64,000 bases of DNA, from NCBI GenBank assembly GCA_965178125.1, contig OZ237754.1, positions 682,001 through 746,000 of the forward strand, written 5' to 3'. This stretch comes from Bilabrum cf. latius. Lineage: Eukaryota. The notes under the pieces were generated by a model that made no database searches, was not told the origin of the DNA, and worked only from the letters and a program-made list of their open reading frames with translations. The translations under genes and the position numbers were made by a program. This document shows, piece after piece, positions 24,534 through 39,705 of this stretch; the first letter of the stretch is position 1, and every line of letters begins with the position of its first letter.

Positions 24534-27500
24534 TCAGCCGAGCATTCCAATCGCTTTGGCATGGTCCACGGTGGTTGACAGTTGCGGCCCAAGCTGCATG
24601 CGGACGCGATTGGCCGAACCCAATCTCTCCCGGCACAGCTACTTCGCACTATTCCCCTGCTTCTACGCGCGCACAGTCCCATCGCTTCTCGCCAGTTCGG
24701 GCCTCCTCGAAAACCCGACAGATCCAGCGGCGGATGGCTGCATCCCTACTGGCCTTCGAGGCAGCAGCGGGTGCCTCCCGTCCCTGCACGCTGATGCCCG
24801 CTCCCAGGTGCTCATGAGGTCGAGCAACTCGGGTGCGACCATCTCGCGATACGCCTCCATCGTCAGGGGCCCTGTGCCTCCCGCCGATGACAGCAGCCTC
24901 AGCTGGTCTTTCTCGTGGTCCCACGCTTCTTGCGCCTGCTTTGCAGTGCCTCGCAAGTCATCAGCTGCCGCCGCACGCTTGGATTCGCTTCTTGCCGCAG
25001 GATCGGGCCGAAGCGCAGGCGTGTGGTCCTTCGCTGCTGATCGGGTGCCAACGACCTGCCTGGTATTGGATGAGGCCTTCTTCCTAGCCATCCGACCTGG
25101 CAAACGATGCAGATGTGCGCCAGACGCCTTGTTCGTCCTCTTGGCCGCCCGAATGCTACGCTTCAGCCGCCGTAGGCCGCGCTTCCTGTGCCGTCGCGCT
25201 TTCTTACTCAGTGCAAGCACTCGCTCAATCCCAGTGACTGGTGGCTACAGGGTCCGGTGCCTCTGCTTCGACTTGGTCTCAAGAGCTGCGGTTGACCATG
25301 GATCTTCCGCAGGGTTTCTACCGCTGACTGGATGCTGCTCACTGCCCTGATCCAGCGAGTGCATTAACTAGGAAGCGCTATCAAGCCCGACAAGACTACT
25401 ACTTGGACCAAACATGCTAGGGTCGCGCTCCCCAGGTACGCCATGGACCACCGCAGCTCCGAGCGTGAGTTGTCGCCTCTGGTGCTCCAGTGCCATCTTT
25501 CGGACCTCGATGGACTGCACGCTGCGCAGGGCGCTAGCACCACCACCCCCCCTCAAGGACAGGCTCTGTTCCACGTGCTCCATCATCTTCTGCACGCGCT
25601 CTTGCACCCGGGCGAGAATGCCAAGGTCATCGATTGTGATGCTGTCCTCGCCGGCGAGAAGGTGCTCCACGCCGTCATCCAGCCCTATGCCGAGCGCAAA
25701 GTGCGGCAGGAAGATGCCATCGCGAGGATCAACCTCCACGTTGTACTCAGGTTCGAGCATCGTGGCTGCCCTGTCCTCCACAAAGGTCTGGATGGACTCT
25801 CTCAGCTCCTCATTGTTCTCCTCGGCGTCCAGGAGTGCCTGCACTGCCATGGACTCGTGATCTACAGGCTTACTAATCGGTACAGCAGCATTTTCATGCA
25901 TACTGGTCGTACGGCTTGCCGACTGTGTAGTTGTTGCAGGCACTGGCTCGGCACGTGCAAGCCTGCTCTAGTCAGCAGACCCTGGTCGAGAGCTGAGACT
26001 ACTTGCTGACGACGGACTTGCGCTGCGAGACATGCTCCGCACACTGCCCCTGCTCGCCGATGACACGCTGCTCTCCTCCCACGGCATGATGCCCTCAAGC
26101 TGGCTCGTGGCAATCGAAGTCTGCCGCAAATCTGCCAGCATCTCATCGACCAGGCCAGTGCGCCTTGCTAGCCCCTCTACCTTGGCTGCAGCGTCTGACA
26201 GAATGGAGCTCACGTCAAGAATGCAGTGCTCCACTTCACCTGCAATACTATGATTGCTGCCAAGGGTCAGTTTCAGGGCTTTCGTTGCCTTAACTATGAG
26301 ACGGAGTCTAGCGATATTCTGGCGGGTGGTATTCTGGTGCAATCGCCTTTCGGTCCGGCGGCGGTGCCTCCGTGCCACCCTCCGCTCTCGCCGTCGTTGG
26401 TACGCCTCGTCGTCCTCGATCATTGAAAGGACGGCATGATCTTCGTCATCGCTTCCGCTAGAACCCGAGTCGGTTGTGGACTCGCTGGCTGCGACACTGT
26501 TTGCAGCACTGGAAGGCAACGGGCGTTCGGGCCGTTGCTTTCTAGCGGATTCGAAATTCTGTTGCACGTCAACAGCCCTCCCAATCTGCTGCAGGTGGGT
26601 ATTCAGGAGAGACACCTGCCTCACGACCCGCTCCCATCTCTCCCTTTGCTCTCCTTCCGGCCGCAGCAGCCGCTCCTGCTCTTCGGGCGACATCTCGGTG
26701 CCTGCAGCCAGTGCATCTTCCACCGTCATTGCAACGGAAGCGGTATCTGTTTCACCTTTCTCAAGTAACCTCACTCCACGCACCCCATCCATGTATGCGA
26801 TCCGCTCATCAACCTATGCTCCGCCCTCAATAGCCTCCCCGAATTCGTCTCTGGGAGCTGCGGCCCACTGCTGCACGTTGAGAGTGTACTTACGGTAGGG
26901 ATCCGAGGAGTGCACTGCGATGTAGTACGTGGGCGCACCTCCCAAAATAGGCACTGCCATGGGGTCAATGTATCCTTCATCGGATGGGCTGAAGCGAAGA
27001 GTTCCTGCCTTGGCCCCTGTAGCCACAGACCTCCACTGGTGGTCCTCCAAGGTTGGAATCGTCACGGTGGACGCAACAAGTGTGAAGGCTCTCGAGTCCT
27101 CCTCGACCCTGTTGCCCGAGGCACGGATGAACACTACTGGTCTTGAGTCCAGCTACCTAGGCGTGAGCTTGAACAGCCTCCACCCGTCGCTCCACGGCGT
27201 GACCTCTAGCTTACAATTAGGCGGAATTGGCACGATGTCCGAGTTGGAGGCATTGGCCACAAATGCTCGCAGGGCAATGCGCCTTTCCCTGATGCTGCTG
27301 ATCGAGTCAGGAATCTAGGCGAGGTACTCACCCATGCTGCTCATGATCTCAGCCATGGAATCCAACGGTGGGTTGATGGCATCGACATGGGCGCCTGCCT
27401 ACGTGCCGGTCTGCAGCGGGTCAGCTTGGTGAAGCATCCGCAGCGTAGGAATGACTTCCTCGTCCGATGAGCCAGACGTGGCCGAATCGTCTGAATCGAG

Positions 27501-30500
27501 GGAGCTCGATGGTCTAGCTCCATTTGCTGAGGATGGCTTTGACCGCCCCTTGCTCAACCCAATCGGTGATGCGCGTAGGCTTGTGCTAGTGTAGCCGGCA
27601 CCCTGCGGCTGCAGCAATGGTGCAAAACCGTCCACATGTACATCTCCGCGGCTATCGAGTTCTCGCGCAGTTTGACGAAGCAGCTGGAGCGCATCCTTCT
27701 CTTCATTTTCGAGCACTCGCTTTCCCGCCTTCTTGATACGACGGAGCTCCTCATCGTAGTCTTCTCGGTAGTGCCTCAGCTTGTTGGTCACCCTGTCAAA
27801 GTACTGGTCCCAGGGGAGCTTGTACTGGAGCGAGAGAGGGGGCCACTACGCGATTTCTTCATCCCGATAATTGATGGCCATTAGTGCCTTCAGTTGCCAG
27901 CTCTTCCTTGCGGCAGTGGAAGCGCCAAGCTCAGATCGAATGGCGGCACCATCAACGGACTTCGTGGCAGCTACGGAGACTTGCGGGACTCCCTAGGGAC
28001 GGCGCTTCCCGTGCCTGTCTGGTTGCGAGTTTGCTTCAGGGACGGTAGGTTGCTCACGGCCAGCAGCAGCTTGGTGATCCTGGGCTCTGCGATGGTCTTG
28101 GATTGGACCTTCCGAATGTGGCACGCAGTGCGGTGATACCTTAGCAGGTGGCCCACCCCCGCTACTGTCAAGTTGACCGATAGCACGGACATTACTGCCT
28201 GATGGCTTCGACTGCAGCGATGCCGCCGGAACTGGTGCAGCTGCCCCGGCATGACTACCTGCTAGCTTCGATCGCGACGTTGCCGCCGGAATTGGTGTAG
28301 CTGCCCCGGCATGGCTACCTGCTTGCTTCGATCGCGACGCTGCCGCCGGAACTGGTGCAGCGCGTTGCCCTGTTTTTGGGCTAGCAGCGCTTGACATCCC
28401 ATCTGTCTACATCCCATCCGGCACATTTGATGTCTCTGCGTTGCCTCCCATGCGTAGACTCATTGCAAGCGACTTGAGAACAGATAGCACTTTTCTCACT
28501 AGCATTGCCTTTCGGGTAGATCGAGCCAACTTTCTCATACCAGTAGCATTTGTGGCTGCTTCACTGACGGCAGCCTGCAGCCGCAGCTGCTCTGGAAGGG
28601 GCTTCAGCCTGGTTCGGTTGGGGTCTCCTCTGCGTATCTGCATTGTGGCTGCCCATATCGTATAGAATGGCTCCCTCCCAGGACGATCCGATGACTGCAG
28701 CAGCAGCTTCACCTGCCTGGTTGAGGCAGAGGGCACCTCTGCAGTGCGTGCGTGTACTACAGCAAACGCGGCCTGCACGATCCCATGGATACCAGTCTCT
28801 CTCTCGCGGCTTTGGATCGTCAGCGCATCTTTGGCCTGCGACAAAGATGAAACGTACGGCCGTGCCAGCCTTGGGTAGATCTGCAGCTGGTCTCCGTCCT
28901 GCGTCACCCCGGTGCACTGGGCAGACAGGCCCAGGCACCTTCCCCGGAAGCTAGCCTCCTGCAGAGCATGTGCGAATCCTGCCACAAGATCATCGGTATG
29001 AGATGGATGCAACAGTGGTACGAGGTGTGTTCCTGGCTAGAACTGCAGCGTGTTAAGCCCTGCGACCAGGAGCAGCGACTCATAGGCCCATTGCGAGACT
29101 CCGCCGGTGGGTGGGTCACAAGTGCCCCCGGTCTCCACCTCGCCACTTGGCACTGAAATACAACGAACCCGCACTACAATCAGATAGCAGGGTCTCCTGT
29201 TCGGCCCCAGACTGCTCGTGTCATTCAGATTAAGCTATAGGAAGTTGGCTGCATTCAGCATCGCTTGCACGCCACATTCACCCCATATCACTAGCCTTCT
29301 TGGGGACGTGTGGACTCTGCAGCCAGCCGGCACGTCACTGGATGGGAAGCGCAACTTGAAGCGTTCCGCTGCTACCTGCGCTGATTGTCCGGGAATGTCA
29401 ATAAAGTCCAGCGTGCACTCCAGTGCGCACCCAATAGGCGGTGGCTTGGAGCTGCCGGGGTATGTGCTACCTGCCGACGCAACTGGCGTGCTCAAGTTTG
29501 GGCGTATGTGCCACGCCTTCGCCTCGATCGGGTCCCACACTGCCCTCGATACTTTTAAGTAGTCTGTCAGCGATCCGTTGGTGGGCAATCTCCAGTCTGG
29601 CTTTGCGTGCTACAGCTGATCGAGGGCTCGGCCGGATGCAGTCTTGGGAGCGAGGCCCAGCACGGCCTGGTCTCGCGGCTGGTGGCTGGGCGGGTGGTTG
29701 TCTTTGGCTTGGTTGCTCGGAATCGACGTCACTGCTGTAGATCTGCCAGACTCAACCGCATCGTTTGCGCCTAGCACCGACCCCTCCTGCTGAGCAGAAC
29801 CTGGGCCATCATGGCTACCGAAGCCGTCGCGTGCGCTAGTGCCAGCGCTGTTCGAGAACGATCGTGACCCTGTGTCACTAGTCTGGGGATCAACGTCTTG
29901 AGCTTGATGCTAGCGCCTGCGGTTTTGATGCCTCTATTTTCCATGGCGACCTGAGGCAGGCCTGGCGCCCCCTTGCTCTTCACCTGTGGCCCGTTTCCTG
30001 CCTCTCTTGCCCTCCCTTGACCTTCCTCCGGGCGGTCCTTTCGCTGAGCTCCGAGTCGCCTCTGTATCCGTGCTTGGGCGGCTGTCTCCAAGAGCACTAT
30101 CTAGGCGGGCATCCGGTCGCCTGCTGTCTGGCCGCGACCGCAGTTTTGCTTCAGCCTCCCCGTATCGAAGGGCGCTTGAGCCGGATGTCGGTCGCGATGT
30201 CGCGCGGGGAGCGGCTGCACTTCTGTTGGCACTACCCCTCTAGACATCTGTGCTGAAAGTGGCCCGAAAAAGACTAGATAGGTCGTTTAATTCCTTCTTC
30301 GGCCCCGTGCTCTCGTCCTCCTCGGACCGATGCGTAGACACCTCCACAGGTGGCTCAGGGGTCGTGTCCAGGACCTAGGACGCGCCGTCACCGATCATTT
30401 TCTTCTTTCTCTTCTTCAATGCCCGTGCCCGACTTTTAAACATCATGAGTGCCTTAAACATGCTTCCGAGCACGTGCCACGGTCGATTGCGAGCAATCTT

Positions 30501-31232
30501 CCCGCCGTCCGTCTCGTACGGGATGCTGCTCGGTTTCTCGGGCACACGCTCGATCGAGGGCAACGATGATGCCCGGCGTTCTATTTCATCGCCACTACTC
30601 GAGCTGCGCGATCGATATGAAGGCATGGGTGAATTGCTCTAGTCCCAGCCTCCCATCGTACCAGCTGAATCGAGAGTGGCGGACGCCTTGCCGAAGCGTG
30701 ACGGTGACTGAGACGCGCCAGACAGATCCCAGGAGCCCGACACGTTCGATCGAGAGGAAACACCTCGAAGCAATGGCAGTTTCTACTATTTCCTCTTCCG
30801 AACTCGAGACAGCCGTCTTCGAATTGCAGCCTTCGCGCCGGGTGGCACCCAAAACGCACCGGTTGCTGTCTAGTCAGCTTTTGCATCTGACGAGACCGCG
30901 GGGGCTGAGGCCGACGCATTCTCGCTGCTCGCAACCTTTGCTCCGACCTATGATTGTAAGGTCGCTTGGTGCGGCTCCGGCCGCACCAGGTGAGCACGGG
31001 TATTCTGAACGACTCGCATGAACCTGCGACCGACGTCTTGTGTCACAGCTGAGTGCAGCTGTCGATTGCTTGAGTTGCTCTGCTAGATCTGCAGTCGAGC
31101 AACTCTGCGGACGGCAGCGGTCATGCTGCGATGAGCTACTGCAGCACCAACGTCCGAGTTGGGCCCTGCGTGCTGGATGACGCGCTCAACGTCGGAGACG
31201 TGTCGACCTCTTGTGCCATCGGAACTGTCCAT
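24534..31232 (-). CDS. Large intronless hypothetical protein (~2232 aa, ~25 in-frame TAG)
   Basis: I read the frame from ATG 31232 to TGA 24534-24536 and found no TAA/TGA. It joins ORFs 31083, 30375, 29235, 28407, 27993, 27399, 26814, 25968, 25368 and 24663. Mostly disordered or coiled, with beta-rich segments near 26850-27250 and 28600-29550. Confidence 0.8.
28201..28361 (-). repeat. 60-bp coding tandem repeat (~2.6 copies, AAPVPAAASRSKQAGSHAGA-like)
   Basis: tgccgccgga(a) recurs at 28221, 28281 and 28341 with conserved flanks. Confidence 0.8.
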
Positions 31233-31400
31233 TAAATCAAGGATGCGAAAGCTTAAGCAAGTATCATTCGAAACAATACGGGCAAAATGCGCTCTCAAGA
31301 GCTGAGCACGAACGAACGAACGGATCTCCGTAGAATGGAACGTTCCATACGACACAGTCGCAACGATTTCACATTTCCGCATACCATCTCACCGTATTTG

Positions 31401-34400
31401 ATGAAATTGGCATTTACCGTCTTAGCTGCAGTTGCTATAGCTAGGCCGCGGGTGCTGCCAAGGCCGAATCTGTATTTTGGCACCACAACTGGTGGTCAAG
31501 CACCTGTGGTGTCCGGGATGATGTGGATGAATGCTGGTAACACAGACAACCTCCGTCACCAGGCCAAATAGTACCCAGAGTTCACTAAATGGGCTTGGAA
31601 TGTTCATGACGGGAGGGGATTTGGGCAGGCTCATTTGAACGATATCCGAACAGGGCTAGTGAGGCTGTAGCATCCGCGATCAAATATGCTGGCTTGTCTT
31701 TGTTTCCTCAACGTTGGATTGTATACTACCACATCTTACTCCTTCGCAGAATGCATCTCTAACATTTGTATCCGACACCACCGAAACCTCAGCAGGAACC
31801 TGGAGGGCCCGCCTGTCGTCCCAGTGCTCTCGGGACCAGGTCCAATAGCCACAGGGCATCATGTCGCTATTTCTGTACGCCGCAGCATACTCGTATGAGA
31901 ATGATGTAGCCTCTGAATCAGTCAACATCGGCTCGGTACGCCCCCTAAGGGTCTTGCCAGGCGTGCTGCCCGGCACTGGCAACGTGGCATCGTCTGATGC
32001 TGCCTTGCTGGTGCGTCCGGCAGGCACATAGTCGGACCAAAGCGACGATACCATTGGTAGAAGCATTAATAGCACTACACCGGCTGGATCGGGCATGTCG
32101 CCTCAGATCCAGGCCGGGGTTATGGTGGTGAAGCCTCGGCTGCTAGGGCCAGCAGAGTCAGATTCCGTGCACCTCCCGAGAGTCGTCACGGAGGAAAGGG
32201 GCGACCTGCTTGTGCCAAGGAACAAGGAGATCGTACCAATGGAGAGCAAGCTGCCCATCACGCGAGTGTTTTCCTACCTCGAGTCTGACCCGGGCCGGGT
32301 GTGGGAGGTCGAGGAGAGGGTCAGACAGGAGCTGGGGCAGGCTCTCTCTCGGGCTTCTCCTCAGTGGCAGAAGGCTTTCAAGGAGGAGCAAGAGAAGAAA
32401 GAAGAAGATAGGAGGCAGGTGGAGCGGCTGGGGCTGCTGTCCAGTCGTCTGCTGGGCGATGGGTGCGATTCGAATGTGGCGGTGGTGCAGGTGGTGGTGC
32501 CAACATGCGGATTTGAGGTGGATGTGGTTTGGGTTGCTGGGGCCGGTGACCTGGGCCGAGCGGTGCGTACTGGTGGCAGGGGTATAGGCGGTGCAAGAGA
32601 AGGTGACACGTCTGGATGGAGCGATTTCGGTTCGCTGGAGTCAGTCAGCTAGCGAGTGTGCCTTGCAGAAGAACGGCTGCTGGAGGCAGGCGGGCGGAGA
32701 TTGGCTGAGAAATTGGAGGGGGGGGACAAAGGAGGATAGAAGGAGGGACAGGGGGAGGGGGGTGGCAGGCGCGGGCGGCGTGCAAGGGCCAGGGGCGGCG
32801 GCAGTGCAGTGCACCCTGCGCCTCGCACAGCGGAAGATTTGATTCGGCAGACGGGCGAATGGAGCTCAGAGGAGCTAGCGCAAGCCGCGGGGTCTGAAGG
32901 AACGAGTGGCAGCCAAGCAGGACAAGCCCTGGAGGAACTCGCCGTGACAATGGACAGGGCTGCCACTGCTATAACGCGCGGGGCCTCGGGTGTCCTCGCC
33001 GTGCCTGGGCCAGCGGGGGAAGCGGAGGGGGAAAGAGGCCCCGATGGCTTTGACCGGGCAGCTGCACTGCGGCGGCTCTCAGCACGGAGGCAGATCCGCG
33101 CGGCGCTAGGTCTATCCAAGGAGAAGGCAGGGGAGTCCATGGGGGTGTGCGAAGGCAGTGCGGGGGGACGCGACGAACGTTCGCTGGAAGCCGCTGTGTC
33201 CATGTCGGAGTCGGCCGTGAGCAACCTCTTGGGCAGCGTGACGGAGTTCACGGGGCGGCAGGTGATCGAGAAGAGGACCGCGGACATGGCGCTCGTTCCC
33301 GGACAGCTGGCACCCAGGAGCTACGGAGAGCGCGGCAGCGACAGCTTCGAGACTGAGGTGCAGACGCTGTACACCGGCTGCCCGTCCAGGGCGGTGTTCC
33401 CTCGTGGGTTCCTTTGGGACGAGGGGTTCCACGCCGCGGTGGCTGCGGCAGTGGACCCCGCAGTGTCGGCGGACGTGTTCCGCGCGTGGATGTCGACGAT
33501 GAACGGCAAGGGGTGGATTCCCAGGGAACAAATCCTGGGGGCGGAGGCCAGGGGGGCCGTGCCTCCCGCGTTTAGGGTGCAGAGGCGCCTCGTGGCGAAC
33601 CCTCCGGCCATGCTGCTTGGGGTGTCCGACACGGTGAAGGCGCTCTCGTCACACGGTCTCAGGGAACAAGTAGAGGCGGGGTGGAGGCGTGGGGCGCTGC
33701 TGAGCGCTGCCTGGAAGCTCGGACCTGGAAGTAGCAGGCAAGGCGAGCAGGCCGAGGTCGACGCAGCGGGGGCCCTGGCTGGTGTGGGAGCCAGCAGCGG
33801 GGGGGCTGCCAGCTGCGTGCATGCAGCGCTAGAGGGTTGGGATGGGTCGGAGGAAGGGGCCTGGGCTGTGCTGGATACACTCATGAATGAATGTGACGGG
33901 GAAGGGCTTGGGACAGGTGCATCGCACGGTGGTGCCATTGCGCCTCTGCCCGCCCCCGAGGCCCGCTGGCCCTCTGCAGACGAGCTCAAGGCGTTCGCCC
34001 TGCGAAAGATGCTGAGGCACTACCGGTGGCTCGTGCGGACGCAGGCAGGCGCTACGGTGGGAGGCACACAGGTGGCTAAAGTGGCGGTGGATCCTGCAAG
34101 GTACGGCGTCCTGAAGGCAGAGGTGAAGCCAGGCGCACCGACCGCAGCCGAGCGCGCCAAGGAGGCCGCAGACCGCTGGCACTCGTCACACTGGACATTT
34201 CGCTGGAGGGGTGACGAGTGGTTCCGAGGCAACCACACGTTCCCATCGGGACTGGACGACTGGCCCCGCGGCGTGGTGCACACAACCGAGGACGCGCACG
34301 CCGACCTTGGCGCCTGGCTGGCTTGGACAGCTGGCGTGCTGGCTGGCTGGGCCTAGGATCTGGGGCACGAAGCAATGGCGCGGGCGCTGCGGGAGGACAG

Positions 34401-35346
34401 AGCCAGGATCATGGAGGGGCTGGAGTTGCTGTGGGACGAGACCACGGGGCTGTACTGCGACTGGGGACTGCAGGAGGCAGACGATCCCACCGCACACGCG
34501 GCGGGCTAGCGGCTGCACAACCAGCCCGTGCAGTCGGCGCCTCTTCTGGGAGATGCGCTGGGCCGCAGGCTAGGGGCGGGGACTGGCGTAGAGGCGGGCT
34601 GCTCGGCTGCGGGCGGCGGGAGGGCAGCGGAGCTGGAGCCCTTCTACAGCAGGTACATGCGCAGGGGCAAGGGCGTGCGCGGTCCTGCCGCGCGGTTCGG
34701 GTGCGTGTGTCACGAGGGGTACGCTAGCCTGCTGCCTGCGGTGCTGGGGCTGTTGGAGGATGATGGGGGCAGGGACAGCGACCGTCTCCGCAGGCAGCTG
34801 CAGATCCTGTCATCCACGGAAGGCATGATGTCGTCGTGCGGGCTGCGGTCACTCAGCAAGGGGAGGGGCATGGGGGGATACGCTGACGCCGAGGACGAGC
34901 GCAGGGTGAAGGGCATGTACCGCGATGCGGAGGATTATTGGAGGGGGAAGGTGTGGATGAATCTGAACTTCCTGGCTCTCAGGTCGGCGCGAAGGTACGC
35001 CGCGGGGGGCGGGCCCAACGCGGAGCTGGCTCGCGGGCTGGGTGAGATGCTTCGGTGCCGGATGGCGGGGTGCGTGACAGCCTCGTGGCAGTCGCAGGGG
35101 GAGATGCACGAGAACTTCGACGGGGATGTGACGAGTGCAGCGGGTGGTGATGCGGGTGCCGGTGGCGCGAGCTGGGTGGGTGGAATGCTGGCAAGCGTGA
35201 TTGGGGGTGGGGACGGCGGGGATGTGGCGAGTGAAGTCTGGACGCCGCGAGAGGCGGGTACCGGGGCCCATCCATTCACGGGATGGAGCGCGCTGGCAGC
35301 CAGGGTCGTGGCTGGCCGGATCGGGGAGGAGGAGGACTGGCAGTGA
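31401..35346 (+). CDS. MOGS: Mannosyl-oligosaccharide glucosidase (glucosidase I, GH63), 2 exons, 7 in-frame TAG
   Basis: RPNLYFG...SGMMW...LRHQAK[TAG]...WNVHDGRGFG; intron 31659-31749; PSRAVFPRGFLWDEGFH, GWIPREQILG, ANPP, FRWRG, FPSGLDDWPR, GLRSLS, YWRGKVWMNLNFL, HPFTGWSAL. TGA stop. Confidence 0.94.
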
Positions 35347-35562
35347 GCGCGGCGCAGTGAACTGGCGGGCCTGCTGATGTTTGGTGCGCTAACCTTGCTT
35401 GCACCGATGGTTAGGATAACAACATGCCGGACGAGCATCGAGCGTGCAAGCGCCCTGAGTGAGTGTGTATACTTATAATCTTGGGGTTTTTTGGTGCATT
35501 GAACGACAGCGCACCGAGACGCGTCATGGGGGACGGATCGCAGTATCTTGACGCTGCCGTAG

Positions 35563-37292
<1,730 letters not shown>

Positions 37293-38126
37293 CTATTCTA
37301 AGCGGTGATTGATTGGGCAAAACAATTTTTTTCAAGTCTCGTCGACTATTTTAGTTATTCCAAAAGAGCAGCCTGCTTTTGCTTTACTGACTCGATAACC
37401 GATGAAAAATTCGACGTTTCAGTCTCAAATAACCCATCAGCTGCTGCTCGTTCCTCCTAAAGGTCTTACTTCAGCTCTTTCAGATTTCTCTGCAGAATAT
37501 ATTGCCAAGTTCAAGGAGTACGTTATGCGGTATACCGGTCTTCATTAATTTCCACATCAGATACCTTTTCTATTGATAAACAATTGACACTATGCCTGTG
37601 CAGCTTTGATAGGTGCTGATATAATGGCGTTCTTTGTGCGTCCGATCATGTTTGATTCAAACTCGGATCAAACAAAATACATTAAAATGCAAGACAATTG
37701 TTTTGATTCAAGTCGATTTATTAAACTACGCTGTTGGGTTGCATAATGCAATGTTTCAACTTCAAGCAGTCAGCTTGTTCACAATATTATTTATGCTGCA
37801 GTTATATAACTGCGATGTCAAATCAAGAGGAAATAGCTTAGTGATGGTCTTTTTACGCCGTTTTGGGTTCAATGTAGATATCAGAGTGAAAGTGTGGAAT
37901 GTCTCGTTGGTTCCGCTGGCGATCGCAACTAGGAAGGTGCAACCAAACCAACAGATTGCTTTGTGATTAATAGCCTAACCTGTTTGTGTTCAGGAGATGG
38001 AGGGAGATTGAGTATTCATACCGCAATAAATGTATCACTAATTGCACCAATATTTATATGAGAAATCAGTTACATTTAAGAGAATGATAAGATTGACTAC
38101 ACAGTTTTGAACCGAATTCACGTAGA

Positions 38127-39399
38127 TCAAACCAAATCATTATCCTGCAACGTGTCGTTAAGCAGCTTTGATGCGACCGCTTCAAATACTCTCTTGACAT
38201 TCCTAGTATCCAACGCTGTCACTGCATATGTTGCGATGGGCAGCTAAACCTACGTATGCTCTCTGTGCTCAATGATCTCTGGCGTGATGAACTGGTTCTA
38301 CAAATACTCAAACGCGTCATCATAGTCGTTTGGCCTCCCGTCGTAGTCATCAAATTGAAACTCTGGAATGAGTTCGCCGTCGGCATCAATTGGTTCTTCA
38401 CCTTTTTCGGTTAAATGCTGATACATGGGGTTCTTAACTTGACCAATGCCAACCTTCTCAATCTTCTACTGGAAAAGGTCATCCTTGTTCAGGAACAGTG
38501 TAATTCCAGACGAATCAAAATACTTCCCGGACCGTACGATGGAGTCAAATAACTCAGCTGCTTCGACAATGCGATTCATGGTACTGTCTTCGAACAGAAC
38601 TTGGTCATACTCCGAAGAGGCAGCAATGAAGAGGACGATATCCACGTCTGCGAAGAAGCGAAACCACTTACGGCGCTCTGCCCTCTGCCCCCCAACATCA
38701 CACACAGTCATGACAACTCCTCGAAAGTCGATCTTCTGCTCGTGCATACCAGTGGTGCGAACACGCGATCGTACAAAATCGTTCTTGTTCGGCATGTAGT
38801 CTTCGCGTGCAATGGTGTCGATTCTATCGAGGAAGTAGTCGGTCGTGTCCATCAATTGATAGTTTGCCCGCTCCTCGAATGCTTTCTTCATGGCCGGGTC
38901 AGCCCACAATGTCTTCATTGCCGCTGCGACTTCAGCCGTGAGCCCGTCCGGGCGCGCCAGGTCTTTCTCAGCGGCTTCGAATTCAGCGAGAGCCTCCTAG
39001 GATGCAGACCCCAGCTCGTACTCCTTGGCTTTGCAGTATTCCAGCATTGCCTGCATCCCACTAGCAGCGTTGCCTCGGATAGCAGAAATACGCTCGCGGA
39101 AATCTTTCTCTGTGTACTCAGCTCCAAAGTTGATGCGCATCTGCTTCATGACAGTAGACTTTCCGGATTCACCGGCACCTGGGAGGAAAGCATAGCACAG
39201 AGCTAGAGTTGCCATGCATGCGGGCGGGGGACAAGCAGAGTGCATTGCAGGCACCGTGACGGCAGATATAAATGAAGGCGTGCTCACCGAGCAGCAGAAC
39301 CTTGTGCTCCTGGGAAGAAGCTCGCTCCGCCTCCCTCAGCTACGATTCGAGTTCGGTATCAAACTTTGATGCAGCATCGGAACTTGCGCAGAGCCCCAT
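38127..39399 (-). CDS. Heterotrimeric G-protein alpha subunit, 2 exons, 6 in-frame TAG
   Basis: MGLCAS (myristoylation/palmitoylation site); intron 39287-39179; KVLLLG|AGESGKST, RVRTTG, DVGGQRAERRKW, LFLNKDDLF, TALDT.NVKRVF. TAGs at 39340, 38997, 38466, 38298, 38250 and 38244. TGA stop. Confidence 0.95.
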
Positions 39400-39705
39400 G
39401 ACTTTGTGCTGTGTTCTTGGGCAGCTGTGCAGCGAACCCAAATCTGGAAAACGATCCGGGAACGGCTTGCAGCACAGGAAAGGCAGACCAACAGGAAATA
39501 ATCCAGTCTCCACTTCGTTTCAATCGAATCGACCTGGGTAGCTAGTCTTGCTCGATTCTACTTGGCCCGAGCAATCCGGGGGGAGTTTGGGTGCGATTCG
39601 AGCGCTTGGACTCGTTCGTTGGGTAGCGGAACCATTGACCAAGCAGTGCGCGGCGCCTACAGGAACCTGCACAAATTGCACATCAAGAGCCAGCAAGACG
39701 CCGGA

